This document shows positions 1 to 12,799 of a stretch of DNA of 64,000 nt, one piece after another. The notes below the pieces were generated by a model that was not told the DNA's origin, ran no database searches, and saw only the letters and a program-made list of their open reading frames with translations. Source of the stretch: Octopus vulgaris (Eukaryota); NCBI GenBank assembly GCA_951406725.2, contig OX597815.1, positions 90,520,001 through 90,584,000 of the forward strand, read 5' to 3'. Within the stretch, counting starts at the first letter, position 1. Every line of letters begins with the position of its first letter. The translations under genes and the position numbers were made by a program.

Positions 1-2049
1 AATTCCAACTTCATACTATATATCAAATTTAAGTTACACATTGGTTTTCCATTCAAGTTTTCGTTAGTTCGTGAAGTGTTTTTTTAATTTATTTCTTTAC
101 TAATAAGTTTGTTTACATCGTATAAAAGCAGTATATTGAATTGACACAAAATATTTCATTGGAGTGGATTTGATCCAAGAATTTTTCCGCAAGACGCTAG
201 AAATGATTGTATTCGTTGATGTATGCCGCAGTCTACTCCATTCAATAACATATGAATTTTTTTTTCAGATTCAAAATAAAAAAAAAGATCTCGCGATGAT
301 GTTCTAGAGCAATATTTTACACTGTCGAAACTTCGTCTGACTTTTGATTCGGTTATTACAGTTTATATTCTTTAGAATTTTAACAATCTGCTTTATGAAG
401 CTAATTGCACATATATGTCTATAGCTTGAGGTTAGAAAAATCGTAAACATGCACCAAATTATATCTGCAATACAAAGATCAATAATTTAAGCATTTTAAT
501 CACTTTGTTGTATTTTCAGTCTGTATTTCAGTCTACCTGAAAACATCATATTCTAGAATATAAAACATAGCAAATATAAAAGAACTCATCAGTAACAGCA
601 ATGTCATAAACAGCCACTTCTTCTTATACTTCTTTATCCTCTTCTCCTTCTTCGTCTTCTTCCTCCTTCTCTTTCCCCTCCACATCTCCGCCATTAACAT
701 CGCCGGTCATCGATTTAGTTATCATCATGATCTTATATTCCACTTCACACCACCTATAAGCTCGAGGTTTTACAGTATGCCTTCCACATTACAATGAAGA
801 AATTAGACCATACTTCAGTCTAGCAGATTCAAACTCTACGTTTTGAATATCTATCTTGAATATCCCCTTTCATGAACTGCTTTCTATGCAAATAGGAGCG
901 TATGTTTAAGATTATAAGCATGACCCTTGAATTGATAATAAGATATGCGTGTTATTTATGAGGTTTACCCATGTAAAATTAGACGTTAGAACGTTTACTC
1001 CTGCGCACATTTCTTTTTATTATTGTTGTTGTATATCCTGATCGTGCATTGATCTATGATCATATGTCTTTTGTCTGAGACCATCTTATATTATTTCAGA
1101 TAATATTATCTAAACTGCAGTTCTTTTAAAGATAGTAAAGTGTAATGCAAGAGATTTTTCCTTTATATTTCTAGCCGCCAGTCGAACAACCATGTAGAAG
1201 CTACTTTACTGACTCTTATGCTGTTTCATGATATTTCACTTAGGGGTCGATTTCGTATGCTATTGAATTATTGTACAATATCAACGAAGACGTACAAGAT
1301 GAAAATGGCCTTGTGATTTTCTGGAAAAGTTTTTAATCCAAATTCGAAGACCATCACAAGTTATTGCTGTCTTTAAAATGCCAACGGCAATAAGCGCATC
1401 AATTCTTATCTTTGAGATTATGGCTATAATATAGTGAAACTGGTTCTGCCAAATATATATGCCTATCCTAAATACCTATATTATGTTTGCTCATAACTAC
1501 ATCATGAAATTAATCAGTTTTGTTCCATGTATTAGTGTTTCTCCATGTACTTGTGTTTTTACCATGTACTAGTGTTTCATCAACGAAGGGAATTTTCTCC
1601 GCCTGTGGCTTAAAAGAGAGTATTTAAGAGAATTATGAGAAAAGGTTATATCAATGGCCTTTTACAAGTTCTTTTACATCTTGAAACACAGCCCGATGCT
1701 TACAGAAGGGAACTAAGTTAAACCGGGTGACGGACTAATTCTGCCAGCCAAGTAGGTATGAACGAGATTTGACTGCACGTATTCCATTATTCGCTAGTCC
1801 ACTGTACAAGACTGGTACGTTATATTTTAACTAAAAGGTATCACACGCGCGTGTGCGTGTGTTTTTTGTGTGTAAGGTTTCGATCTAAATGCTAGTATGC
1901 ATTTTAGTATGCCAACTCTATTAGAACTTACAGTCTGCTAAAATAGATGGAGACAATATTCATGTAAATATCTCTGATCTGTTTTGGCAATGATTCCACT
2001 TGCATAGAATTTTTCTTTTCTTTCTCTAAAACATTGAATAAAAAAAATA

Positions 2050-3270
2050 GGATGTAAACATTAGTCAAAAGCAACAAACAATGTGATTATTTTGCCTTCA
2101 AATCACATCGACGATCATTGTCGACAGACTAAAATGATTCAACAGCTTTTTCTTCCTAATTTTTCAATCTTCGCTATCAATGATGGAATCATTCATCAGT
2201 TGTCTCCTATCTTCCATTGACTAAACAACACATTCCACCATCTATCGTATTATCTCTTTATACAGTAAATAGACAGGGAACGTTTAGAAAGAATTTTACT
2301 TTATCTCTGAGAAAAGTACTACTATGTTTGACAAAATAGTCTTTTCAGATTATCTTTCAGTCCGCTTAACATGTCCCCAGGGTGACTTTCGCTACACAAA
2401 TGTTCACAGCTGTGGTTCAATAAAGTTGTTTATTTACTTCAGAAACAGTTCTGCCTGTTTCTTTTATCTTTCAATATTTAAAGCGGGATATGTAAAAATA
2501 TCAATAGAAAATGCGTAGGAAATCAATATATACAGTTATGTAAGTGCAATTTAGTTGAAAAATGAATAAAGTAAGAAGACGAAAGGTTGTTCTGCAGTCC
2601 AGTTCGTCACATACTTTAACTCACATCGCGTTACAGCCAACTTTGCCCTATTCGACATCAGTTCAGAATCAACAAAATACGATGCTTCACAGTGCCTGCC
2701 AAAGGAAACAAAAGACAATTTTACTGAAATTTCTAATGTCATTGTGAAGTATGTGAATATCAAGTAATAAATAATCCCTTCAAATATGTCTGCAGAGGAA
2801 ATGTAGAAAAGAACGCGCTGCAGTCCTGCAATGTTACAATGCAACCGGTTTCGATTGTATGCCACCCTGTCGAATGATTTGGTGAGCCAAGCAAGATTAA
2901 ATGTGTCAGCAATTTCCATTGAAGCTCTGTACTCTACGGTTAACTTTTATCCTTTCTAAAATTACTTATTACGCATCTATCATCACTGGATTCTATCACA
3001 AATATTAGAAACGGACATCTGTTTTATATATTTTTGTATCTCTATTGCACAAAATTATCTGACCTTGAAACCGTTGACCTCTCGCTCTTACTTTCAGTTT
3101 TTCAAAGTACTTGAAACATTTCCAAACAATTAGATCCATTATATTTTCAAATATCTTTCTCTACATAGTGACCAAACTTAGCTCTACAGTGTCGCAACGA
3201 GTGACTTTATGCTTCATATATTAATCATCACTGCATCCATCGATAATTTTTGCAAAAACAAATTTGACAT
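2050..3270 (-). mobile_element. Ancient Helitron RepHel relic (Rep C-terminal/linker region), heavily degraded
   Basis: Minus-strand translation gives TVEYRASM...TKSFDRVAY, YISSADIF, SYFVDSELMSNRAK (ORF 2551-2919) and later TIDGGMC. These are colinear with Helitron NVEYCxSxKxxKYxxKGxDRA, RYISSxEA, VYF...ERA and RTVDG motifs. Many stops and frameshifts; matched by eye. Confidence 0.55.
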
Positions 3271-4394
3271 CCCGAAATCTAGATTATACTATATGTAGTT
3301 GCATTCGCAGTATAGTGTTGTTGCGTGAAAGATATTATATAAATTATATTAAATTGCCACTGCAAATTCTACCGTACATTTTACAGTTAATCGACAGTTT
3401 TCAAGTTTAAATGCAATATCTTGCCTCTCTGAGTTATTCCAACAATTTCACCTACACTGTTTATACTACATAAATAATTAGCTGTCATCAACGCTGACCG
3501 CGCGGCATACTAGTTTATAAGGTACAGCACGAGATAGGGGGTCAAGTGATGCTTTCTACAATTGCATGTTACTCATTATGTAACAATAATATATATAGAA
3601 AAGAGAATATCGTGCTAAATATCATTTAACGTATCGTTGCTTAGAAAGTTGAGTAAAATTAACCCTATGATATTGCTTGTACTCGTAATGTACTAAAATT
3701 CTAGGCCGCACTTCACTATAATGTAATCCAAGTATCTTTAAAAGTCTGACGGGAATATGTTAACTGATTGAAATAGTCAGTGATAGTGATCAGTTAAATA
3801 TTTGAAAATAATTCCTATCCGCCTTTAAGTACACTAAATATGGTAAAACGGTGAATATCACTAAATCACAAAATGAAAAATTACATTCTGATTGAGAGAT
3901 AAACTGTAGGAAAGCTGATTTAATTGCTTTAAAATGTGTTCCGTTAACTTTCTCTGGTCTAAATCTCTTTACATTATTTCTAATTATTCAATCACTTTTA
4001 GATAAAAGTGTAAACTCTAGGTCTCTCTAGGAATCGATACATCAACTATAGCACGACTCTAAGTATCCCCAATACTGTTAGTCCATGCTGGAATGAATAT
4101 TTTACAAAGGTAACATTCTTAAACGTTGTTCAATGAGTAAGCTCTTGAATAACTTGTATCAGCGTGGTTTTAATTTTTAGATGAAAATCCTTTCATATAC
4201 CTACTCTTGTTATGATTGGCATTGCAAAATGCATGATAGTTCCAACTTCCTTTTAACTTCTAAGTTATAGGCTGTTGTATCTAATCGGATAAATCTGTCC
4301 TTGAATAAATATCGTTTCTTCTGAAGTCACTTGCCATACGTTAAACAGGCTTCAGTTGTTGATAGCACTATGATGTGATTCCTACCAATATATA

Positions 4395-4454
<60 letters not shown>

Positions 4455-4462
4455 ACTGTCTG

Positions 4463-4501
<39 letters not shown>

Positions 4502-5274
4502 ATATGCAATTTGAATCCTCGGCTTTTCCAAGTTTCAAATGTAACTATCAATTGTTCTTAATGAAGGTATATTCTGTTTAATAAGAGTGTTTTTAAACAG
4601 GTTTATAGCTGTCCAATTTCTAACGCCTTATAATACAGACCGCGCCGAATGTTAATTGTATACTTGGTAATTTAATTAATTGTGTAAATAACGTATATCT
4701 TATTCAACCAAATTAAGTAAAAATAGAAGATTGTGGAAATGAGAAATTATTATTGAAAATAATAAAAGTAATTTGAAATATTCTTACAAACCAGATTATT
4801 GATAAGGAAACTACCAATGGGAATACACTATTTTACAGATTGTGGAAGCTACAAGAAATCTACATATCCAAATAATGATATTGCAATATATATGGAAAGA
4901 TAAAGAAATGACATTCGCCGTTGCAATGAGTTCCATCTTATATATACAAGATTAGTAGGCCATCATACTGTTCGGAACTCTGAACATTATAATGTCAAAA
5001 CTTGACACTGTATAACAAAGTTTTAACAACAAATGTATAAATAAGATTATGGAGTACGTTTCCAGCTCTTGAGCATCGTACTGAAATACGTTATTAACAA
5101 AGCGGAATTTCTCATGTTTCGCTTCGAATTTGATGGGTGGGCATAGTATGTCTAGATGTTCTAGGAAATGAAATTTCTATATCAGAAGAGTACATTTCAC
5201 GGTCTGATTGAAATTCTAGTTATAATTACATTCTCACGTTTGGTACTTCCAATGAGATTGGTAGGTTCGGTGAC

Positions 5275-5640
5275 CTACATGAAATGTGACATCAGTTTCT
5301 TAATCATTTGTCTTGAGTCGTCACATAGTCGCAGCTGATCTAAATTGTAGATTAGTATTATTGCCGGTCCTTTTGTTAGCTGAAATTTTTTGCAATTGAT
5401 ATGAGATACACGATTGATTTTAAAATTCTGCAATGTAATGGATATTTTCCTCCTGATCCACAAGAGCGTCTAAAATATTTTTAGGTTAAAGTATTTCCTG
5501 AAAATGCCTGAAACAAGTACAAGTTGACGTTGTTGACCACACGTTGTTTGCGTTCAGCTATCATCGTTTTAGTTAATTTTGATGCCGGTTCAGAAACATT
5601 TTTAATTTGAATATCTCTGTTTTCCTAACCCTGTCGCTTA
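5275..5640 (-). mobile_element. Helitron PIF1-like helicase fragment
   Basis: KFQLTKGPAIILIYNLDQLRLCDDSRQMIKKLM matches the Helitron helicase motif HKLxLKVGxPIILLRNLxPPRLCNGTRLxIKKLM. AEFLKSI precedes it in a shifted frame. Confidence 0.65.
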
Positions 5641-5859
5641 AAGAAACTGGTCTCATAGCGCTGTTACTGTGAAAAAAACTGTTTCCACTTTAAATTGTAA
5701 TCAATTATTGCCAGAAAGGTTCGAAATTGTTTTACCTTCATGTCTGTTGACAGATTGAAGAAACCACATTTTACACAAAGGGATAACGATTGCGATTTAC
5801 AACAAACAGAAATGGATTTTATCAACGTTTGAAACTACTGGCAGGATCTGACGGAAATC

Positions 5860-6660
5860 ACTCAAAAATAACTTTGCCATTCCTGTGTGATGCCTAGAGA
5901 TGACATGATATCGAGACAATTCTCTGACAGGAACAAGCAGTAATCGACAATTGTGGCTGGGTAATCGAGTTCGAAGCGTAGTACTATCAGCATGAAATCT
6001 TGCTGGTGCTCATGTAGTCACCATAAGTATATGAAATAGCATTTCTAGGAATGCATTGAATGAAAAGCAGCGGACAGGTTTTACATAATGCTTTGATCTC
6101 CAGCAAATCGTCTTTACTGCTCTAATGCAAATTAATTTTCATATCGCTGCCATACAACCACATGGTGTTAGAGGATTTCATACGCTCATTGTTAATACTT
6201 GGACAAGAAAGAAAATTGAATTCGAAAAAGTTATTGAAGTCTTATTGTCTAATTAGAGATCAATGAAAAGGTAGACACCGTGACTTTTACACAGATTAGA
6301 ATACAGCGGATGCAAAGGAAATAAAAGTTCGCCCTATTAAACTACACTGGAGTTTGGAAATGAAGTGCATGAACGGCTTAAAATACAGTTGAGAGGAGCT
6401 AAATTGGAGCATGTGTTAGAGACGAAAGTTAACTTATGTGTTTTCATCCCCGAAAATCCTCGAAACTAAGCTGGAGCTTCACAACTAATAGTAATCAGTG
6501 TGGAGGTTATGTATCATTGGGTTATACCCTGTAAACATAAAATGTATTCCTGACAAAATTCCACTGATTGAATAACTAATTCCTTGCTAGTGTGCTTAAT
6601 CAGTAGTGCATCATCGTTCATGTAATGAGGATTGACATTAAAGTTTGCTTAGTTGTAGTA
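5860..6660 (+). mobile_element. Helitron Rep (HUH endonuclease) relic
   Basis: Degenerate colinear motifs: KITLP...PR..M..QF.D...AVIDNCG, AADR, RG..YAHC (RGLPHAHIL-like HUH, about 6170-6200) and WVIP (WVVPYN-like, about 6518). Confidence 0.5.
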
Positions 6661-7672
6661 TGAAGGCAATCGACAAAATGCAATACAAGAATTTTGGAAA
6701 AGGAAGACGTGAACCACATTTATGTATGTTGTTTGTAAAGGAAATATGCAGTTAGATCAGCTGGACGCGCTATTGTTCCCTAAACATATTCCAATGATGA
6801 CACTACGTCCTTGACTATAATGCTGAAAGGACTGTAGAACGGTAATATCGATCGGCCACTCGAAAAAATGCTTAAAATATTAAAGACTATGATGTATATT
6901 GAATTATAAATAGAGATGGATGCTGTGGATTCCTTAAAAGTGCAAATATTTCCTAGCTGACTGTATATTCCAAAGAAACAAACAGCAGAGTTGGTACACC
7001 TGATACAAGTTTTGACTGAAGTTGGCGGTGTGATAGAGGCATCATTTGTAAGTGAAAGAACATTTACTTTAGATGTATGTATGTGTTCTTTCTATTTATG
7101 TGAAAATTATACATATTAGTGAGCGTTTATGTGTGTGCGTGGGAGCATACGCAAGTGTGTATGTCTATGTAAGACCGGCAATTTGCGTTCATTTTTGCAA
7201 GAATTTCTGATTTTGTATCCATATGAAACAATTGAACGTACATTCCAGAAATTTTGAAACTTGTGCGGGAAAGGCAGTTATATCTGTCTTACATTGCTTT
7301 AGCATACTTGAGTGCATCATTACTACACATCTATAAGCGGACCAGCCATATTTTGTTATTCCAAAATGAAGTATTGAGTTGTGAGATGTTAGGATGGTTC
7401 GGTTTAGAATTAGGACCAGAGATTCATGATTCAAGAATTCATAACATAGCTACTGTGGCCGCCAAACAGGTGGATATAAAGTGTTTGTTTAAGAAGCCAT
7501 GGATGAATATTTGTTATTTCTAGCCTTTATTTCCACGACAAGATATTGTGGTTAATGTATGGAACAGTTCGTCCCCTGTATTAATGCGGTATTTTGCAAA
7601 TCCACCGCGCAAGCACGGTTTTTGACGGAAGCGAATAAAATGTTGACTTACTTCAAAATTACTAAAATCATA

Positions 7673-8304
7673 TTAGGTAAAATATACAAGATAAGAAAAA
7701 TTATAATTTTTTTTTCTACCAGTGGCCTAGCATGCAGAAAATATGCAATATATTAAATATTATTCGTATAAAATTAGTGTACATTTAAACACATAAAAGG
7801 TACCTTGACAGGACACCAAGCATACTAGAAGTTCCAGTCAAATCCCTAACCGTGCTTTGTACTTGACTGGTCCTTCTAGTCGACAATTTATGTGCTGCCG
7901 ACAAAAACCGCGCTTGCATGGTGGATTTGAAAAATTATGATATATAAAGATGAGACATGCACTATTCTGCCTCATAATTATATGTTAATCTTTGGCGTAC
8001 GCACGGATGAGAACTTCGCCTAGTAAATTATTTTATTTGCTAATTAGATTTCAAAACTATGGTCCAGTTACAAAATATGGTAAATGATTTTTATTCTTCA
8101 TTCCCTTCGAAATTACACCTAACCGTGGTTTGGATTTGACTGGTTCTTCTAGTATGCTAGGTGTCTTATCACGGCACCTCCTATGTGTTTAAATATACAC
8201 TAATTTTATATGAATAATATATAGTCTATTGACTATTTTCTGCATGCTAGACCACTGGTAGAAATAAAATGTCTATAATGTTTCCTACCCTGTATATTTT
8301 CCCT
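7673..8304. mobile_element. MITE / fold-back element with about 170-bp imperfect terminal inverted repeats
   Basis: 7673-7845 is the diverged reverse complement of 8130-8304 (e.g. ctaccagtggcctagcatgcagaaaata vs tattttctgcatgctagaccactggtag). No ORF; ends next to a TA run. Confidence 0.75.
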
Positions 8305-8317
8305 ATATATATATATG

Positions 8318-8797
8318 TAATAGAAATATTAAAATTACTAAGTCTCTATAAAAGAGATTACGGCAGCGTTTACTGGAAATTAATTGTTATCGCCATATTA
8401 ATATGGCATTCTTATAGATATAAGAATAATCGCTGCCGCTGGTCAGCTCCATGAGGCCACCGCCTTAAGATAGCTATTGATACACGATCTGTATCCATTA
8501 TAACCTTCGAACAAGGGAGGTCAGCCGCTTCACACTGCCCGTCCGACAGCTACAGACGCGTTTCGGGGTATTGCCCCTTGTCAATGTAGCGCAGTCAGAC
8601 CGCAGGTGTCGCCACTGACGTCTCTGTTCGAAGGTTTATATTTACCTAGTTTCAGTGGAATACATCCACTTGTTTTCAATAATAGAGATATTAAAATAAC
8701 TAAGTCTCTATAAAAGAGATTACGGCAGCGTTTACTGGAAATTAATTGTTATCGCCATATTAATATGGCATTCTTATAGATATAAGAATAATCGCTG
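8318..8797 (-). mobile_element. Retrozyme-like non-coding element: 1.33 tandem copies of a 362-nt structured unit with a hammerhead ribozyme
   Basis: 118-bp direct repeat at 8318-8435 and 8680-8797 (2 mismatches, period 362). Internal hammerhead at 8541-8600, many hairpins, TA-rich microsatellite on both flanks, no credible ORF. Confidence 0.75.
8541..8600 (-). ncRNA. Type I hammerhead ribozyme with U3-A8 core variant
   Basis: Minus strand reads GUCUGAC ugc GCUACA UUGACAA GGGG caaua CCCC GAAA CGCG UC UGUAGC u GUCGGAC. Stem I is 6 bp + bulge + 7 bp, stem II is 4 GC pairs, stem III is palindromic ACGCGU, and the triplet is GUC. Predicted cut between 8555 and 8554. Confidence 0.85.
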
Positions 8798-8810
8798 TGT
8801 ACATATATAT

Positions 8811-9378
8811 AATTGCTAAAGAGGACACCAAACATTAAGGCAAGGCAAACATTTCAAGTCGTATACAATATTATTATTCGAAAACATTCAGTCTCACAGC
8901 TGTTTCTGGGATATCTCCGAGTATGAGATATTCCGTCATCAGAGACAAATAGGGAAAAATAGTGAAAATGGGAATGACGCATATTAATGAGATGAGGACA
9001 TAGAGGAATGCAGTAAAAGAATTAGGCGATGGAAAGAAAGAAGAAAATTAGAAGCATAGAATTCATAGTTCAACATTCCAATGTTATAGAAACAAGTAGA
9101 TAACACCTTAGGTGCAATCCTGTGTAGATCCATGAACGTAAGTCCTTAGGTGGCATCCTGCGTAGTAGATCCATGTGGGTTAAAATCTTGATATAGTAGA
9201 CATTTTTCTCTCGAGGATGTCTACAATATCAGGATTTCATGCCACATGGAAATCTGCAATGACTCCAGAACTACCATCTCGGCTGTAACCTTGGATTACT
9301 ATAATCTAGTAATCCGTTACAGCAGTTACCTAGCGTACCTAAGCATTTAGACCACTAGTGAGCTAAACCACCATACTT
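8811..9378 (-). mobile_element. Non-coding PLE pseudo-LTR-like / retrozyme-like repeat with hammerhead motif and long hairpins
   Basis: Bounded by TA-type microsatellites. Hammerhead motif at 8891-8946; strong hairpins at 9171-9249 and 9282-9322. Confidence 0.5.
8891..8946 (-). ncRNA. Type I hammerhead motif (probably inactive copy, GUG triplet)
   Basis: Minus strand: GUCU CUGAUGA cGGAAUAUCUC auacucg GAGAUAUCCCa GAAA CAGCUG UG AGAC, with palindromic stem III ACAGCUGU. Confidence 0.65.
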
Positions 9379-9424
9379 TGTATGTATGTATGTATATATA
9401 TATGTATATATATATATATATATA

Positions 9425-9704
9425 GTTGAAATTTGCAGGTGTACTAGTTTGACGCCCGGGAAAGTGAAACAGTCTTTCACATTTCGAGCCTAGGCTCTTC
9501 AAAAGAAAGGAACACAAGGAATTTAAACAGAGAGAATAAAAAAGAAAAAAACTTGTGGTTTAGCGATCGATCATGGCGACTCTTTGGAAGAAGGTAGTTG
9601 GATAGGAGAACTCGGAAGAAGGGGAGATAATAAAGTAGATATATATGCATATATATGTGTGTGTATGTGTGTGCGCGTGTGTTTGTATGTATGCATATTT
9701 ATAT

Positions 9705-9757
<53 letters not shown>

Positions 9758-9905
9758 TAGGGAGAGATTTCACAAAAGAACAAAAGACGAAGACATGTGG
9801 TGTAGACAACAAACAGATGTATTAGTATAACGCTAGTGAAAAGGTGTTTAACCTTTCGAGACTAAGCTCTTCCACAGAAAGGAACACAGTAAGAAACAAG
9901 GAGAG

Positions 9906-9910
<5 letters not shown>
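9425..9910 (-). repeat. Two short copies of a microsatellite-associated repeat ending in a hammerhead-like motif (other copies at 19060-19225 and 47575-47730)
   Basis: Shared motif ctttctgt(t/g)gaagagcgtaggctcgaaacg at 9474-9509(-), 9847-9881(-), 19091-19125(+) and 47594-47628(+). Confidence 0.6.
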
Positions 9911-9958
<48 letters not shown>

Positions 9959-11398
9959 GAACAAGATATAAGGACATACACTTTTATGTTACATATATAT
10001 ATATACGGGACTGGGTGCGTGTTTGTGTGTGTATATATAAATATATTCGCTAGGCACATAAAAGTGCACACATACATATATACATCGTCGGGTATAAACA
10101 CAGATAATTATAATCTTTCATACTTGGCAGTTTCCCAATGTGTTGTACTTTTTTATAACTTCGTTATTTCGCTTTTCTGTCGAGTTGCAAATAAGCAATG
10201 GCACAAATCGAATGAACCGAAATTGAACAACTACGATATTCTACAGTGACTATCGTGAAATATATCTATTTGAGTTTTTCTAGTTATTATTTAGTTTTGC
10301 GTGTGTCTATTTTGGGAAACACATATTATATATTTTATATTTTATATTAGTCTCTTCAGAAGAAATATTTTTGTTTCTTTTGTTAATCTAAGAATAAGAA
10401 AATAATAAAAACGTATAAAAACGTATTTTGTCATTATCCGAAATATTTGATGAAATAGCTGCTTCTTATAGATTTCTTTTGAGAGAAAGAATCGCCCGAA
10501 ACATATAATACATGCGTTCAGAGCATCGCAAGTTATCAAGAAATTTTCACATAGAATTCGATTCCGTTGAAATGCATTTGCAAATGATAATATGGAATTG
10601 ATGGAGGAGATTGTAAATACCGACATTAATATGATATTGTCAGTAAGCAAGTGCTGTTGGAAGGATGGGGTAATAGAATTATACGCAATAATTTAAAGAG
10701 GACAGGTTACTTCTATGAGCTGAAATTAAATACATAGGAAAAGTTAAAAACAAAAACGATTTGCGTGAATAATTTAAAGCGAAGTAAAGCCTGTAGAAAT
10801 ACTTTTGTAGAAATTAAAACAATGACTAAAAAATAATTGTTCCAAATGAATTACGAATACATGACTGAAAGTAAAAGGTTAGAATTGGAAATGAAATGAA
10901 AAGACTGTTTAAAATAAATCAATTATCTGGAAGCTATCTTGAAGAGAATGAGAAAAATCTAGGCTTTCTAGCATATAGTTAAGTAAAAATATGAAAACTG
11001 CGATTTATAATAAATATGTTGAAGTATGAAAGCTATACACTGCCAATAGTAAAGGAAAATAAATATGAAAGGTTAAGAACAACAAATAGAATGAATAATA
11101 ATTATAATAAATGAGAATAAAATAACTAATTTTATTGGAGAAAATGAAGTGCATAAGCGAATCAGGAAGAACTAAATCTATTGAAAGTAATGTGTATGCG
11201 TGTAGATACAGATATAAACATATAGCAGCGTCGGTGGAGATAAATAAACAGTTATAGAGAAAGTAAAGGCAAGAAAACTGGAGTAAGAGTAAGGCCAGAG
11301 TGGTGGATGCTCAGACACACACACAATAGCCATCCGTGTGCGCTGATGCGCGTATGTACGACTGTATTTTTATATATACATATGCGTGTAAAAATGTA

Positions 11399-11448
<50 letters not shown>

Positions 11449-11449
<1 letters not shown>

Positions 11450-11846
11450 TCTTTTACTCTTTTACTTGTTTCAGTCATATGAATGCGGCCATGCTGGAAC
11501 ACCGCCTTTAGTCGGGCAAATGGACACCAGAGCTTATTCTTTGTAAGCCTAGTACTTATTCTATCGGTCTCTTTTACAGAACCGGTAAGTTACGGAGAAG
11601 TAAACACACCAGCATCTGTTGTCAAGCGATGTTGGAGGGACAAACGCAGACACACAAACATATAAACACACACACACACACATACACACATACGCGCGCA
11701 CACACACACACACACATATATATATACGACGGGCTTCTTCCAGTTTTCGTCTAACAGATCCACTCACAAGGCTTCGGTCGGCCCGAAGCTATAGTAGAAG
11801 ACACTTGCCCACTGAACCCAGGACCATGTGGTTGGTAAGCAGGCTA
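11449..11846 (-). mobile_element. tRNA-derived SINE (same family as 28680-29100), partially deleted
   Basis: Reverse-complement similarity to 28700-29100, including the ctcttttact tail and the internal CA/TA microsatellite. Confidence 0.85.
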
Positions 11847-11908
11847 TGCATAAATACATGTATGTATATATACACACAAACAACACACATATGTGTATAT
11901 GAATACAT

Positions 11909-11947
<39 letters not shown>

Positions 11948-12799
11948 CATGTGTGTGTGCGTATTGTATCTTGGGTGGGTCATTATGGAAACAAAATATA
12001 AAAACTAAAAAAAAGTGTGAGTGTGTGTGTGAGAGAGAGAGAGAGAAGCAGAAATAAAGAAAAAATAAAGAAAGAAAGGGGAAGAGAGGGAAAGGTGGAA
12101 ACTTGAGTAACGGAGACAGAATGTATGTGTGTGCGTGTTTGTGGTCATGGCTGAAACACAATTATTTTTATATATAGATATAGATTGTGTAAACAAGTGG
12201 AAGACGGACATTTTTTACATGCGCCAAACATTTATAAAAACATTATTCAAATATGAAAAATATAAATCATAAGAGGGTGGCGTTGGATTAATAAATGAAT
12301 CGGATTACAATAACTCAATTACGCTGAACTATTAGAAACATAATTTCCATAATAAACAATTGTGTTTACTACGCTCTTTTAACTTTACAGCGTAAATCCG
12401 ATTCTTTGCCTTATTTGTTTACTCTTCTTTGCACATCTTCGCAGGCACATACGCGTGCAGGTGCCGGACCCCTGTATGACTTGGTTATCTGAGATACTAA
12501 TTTATTTCATAATGGAGTAGAAGCATGGGTCAACGATGCTGGTGGCATGTCGGGATTTATTCTTGTAGAGCATGCTGTCATCAAAGTGACATCCTTACAC
12601 CAACTCACTTGTCCTTGTATTTTGCTGTTATTTTCACTTATGCCTTCCCAGTGTATTGCTCTTCCGAGATATATGCGAGGTACTGATCTTCTAGCCGTCT
12701 CTTCCACTTGCGTTGACTTGCTCCCAATTGAAAAGTTTTTCAGTTTCTTATCCGTGGACTCCTTTATAAGGATGATTGTGACTTAGTTACTCATAAAGT

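Noticed and set aside
5800-6100. Possible hAT (ZMYM1/Tip100-like) transposase relic
   Set aside because: The initial resemblance (GFINV..TTG) was weaker than the longer colinear series of Helitron Rep motifs.
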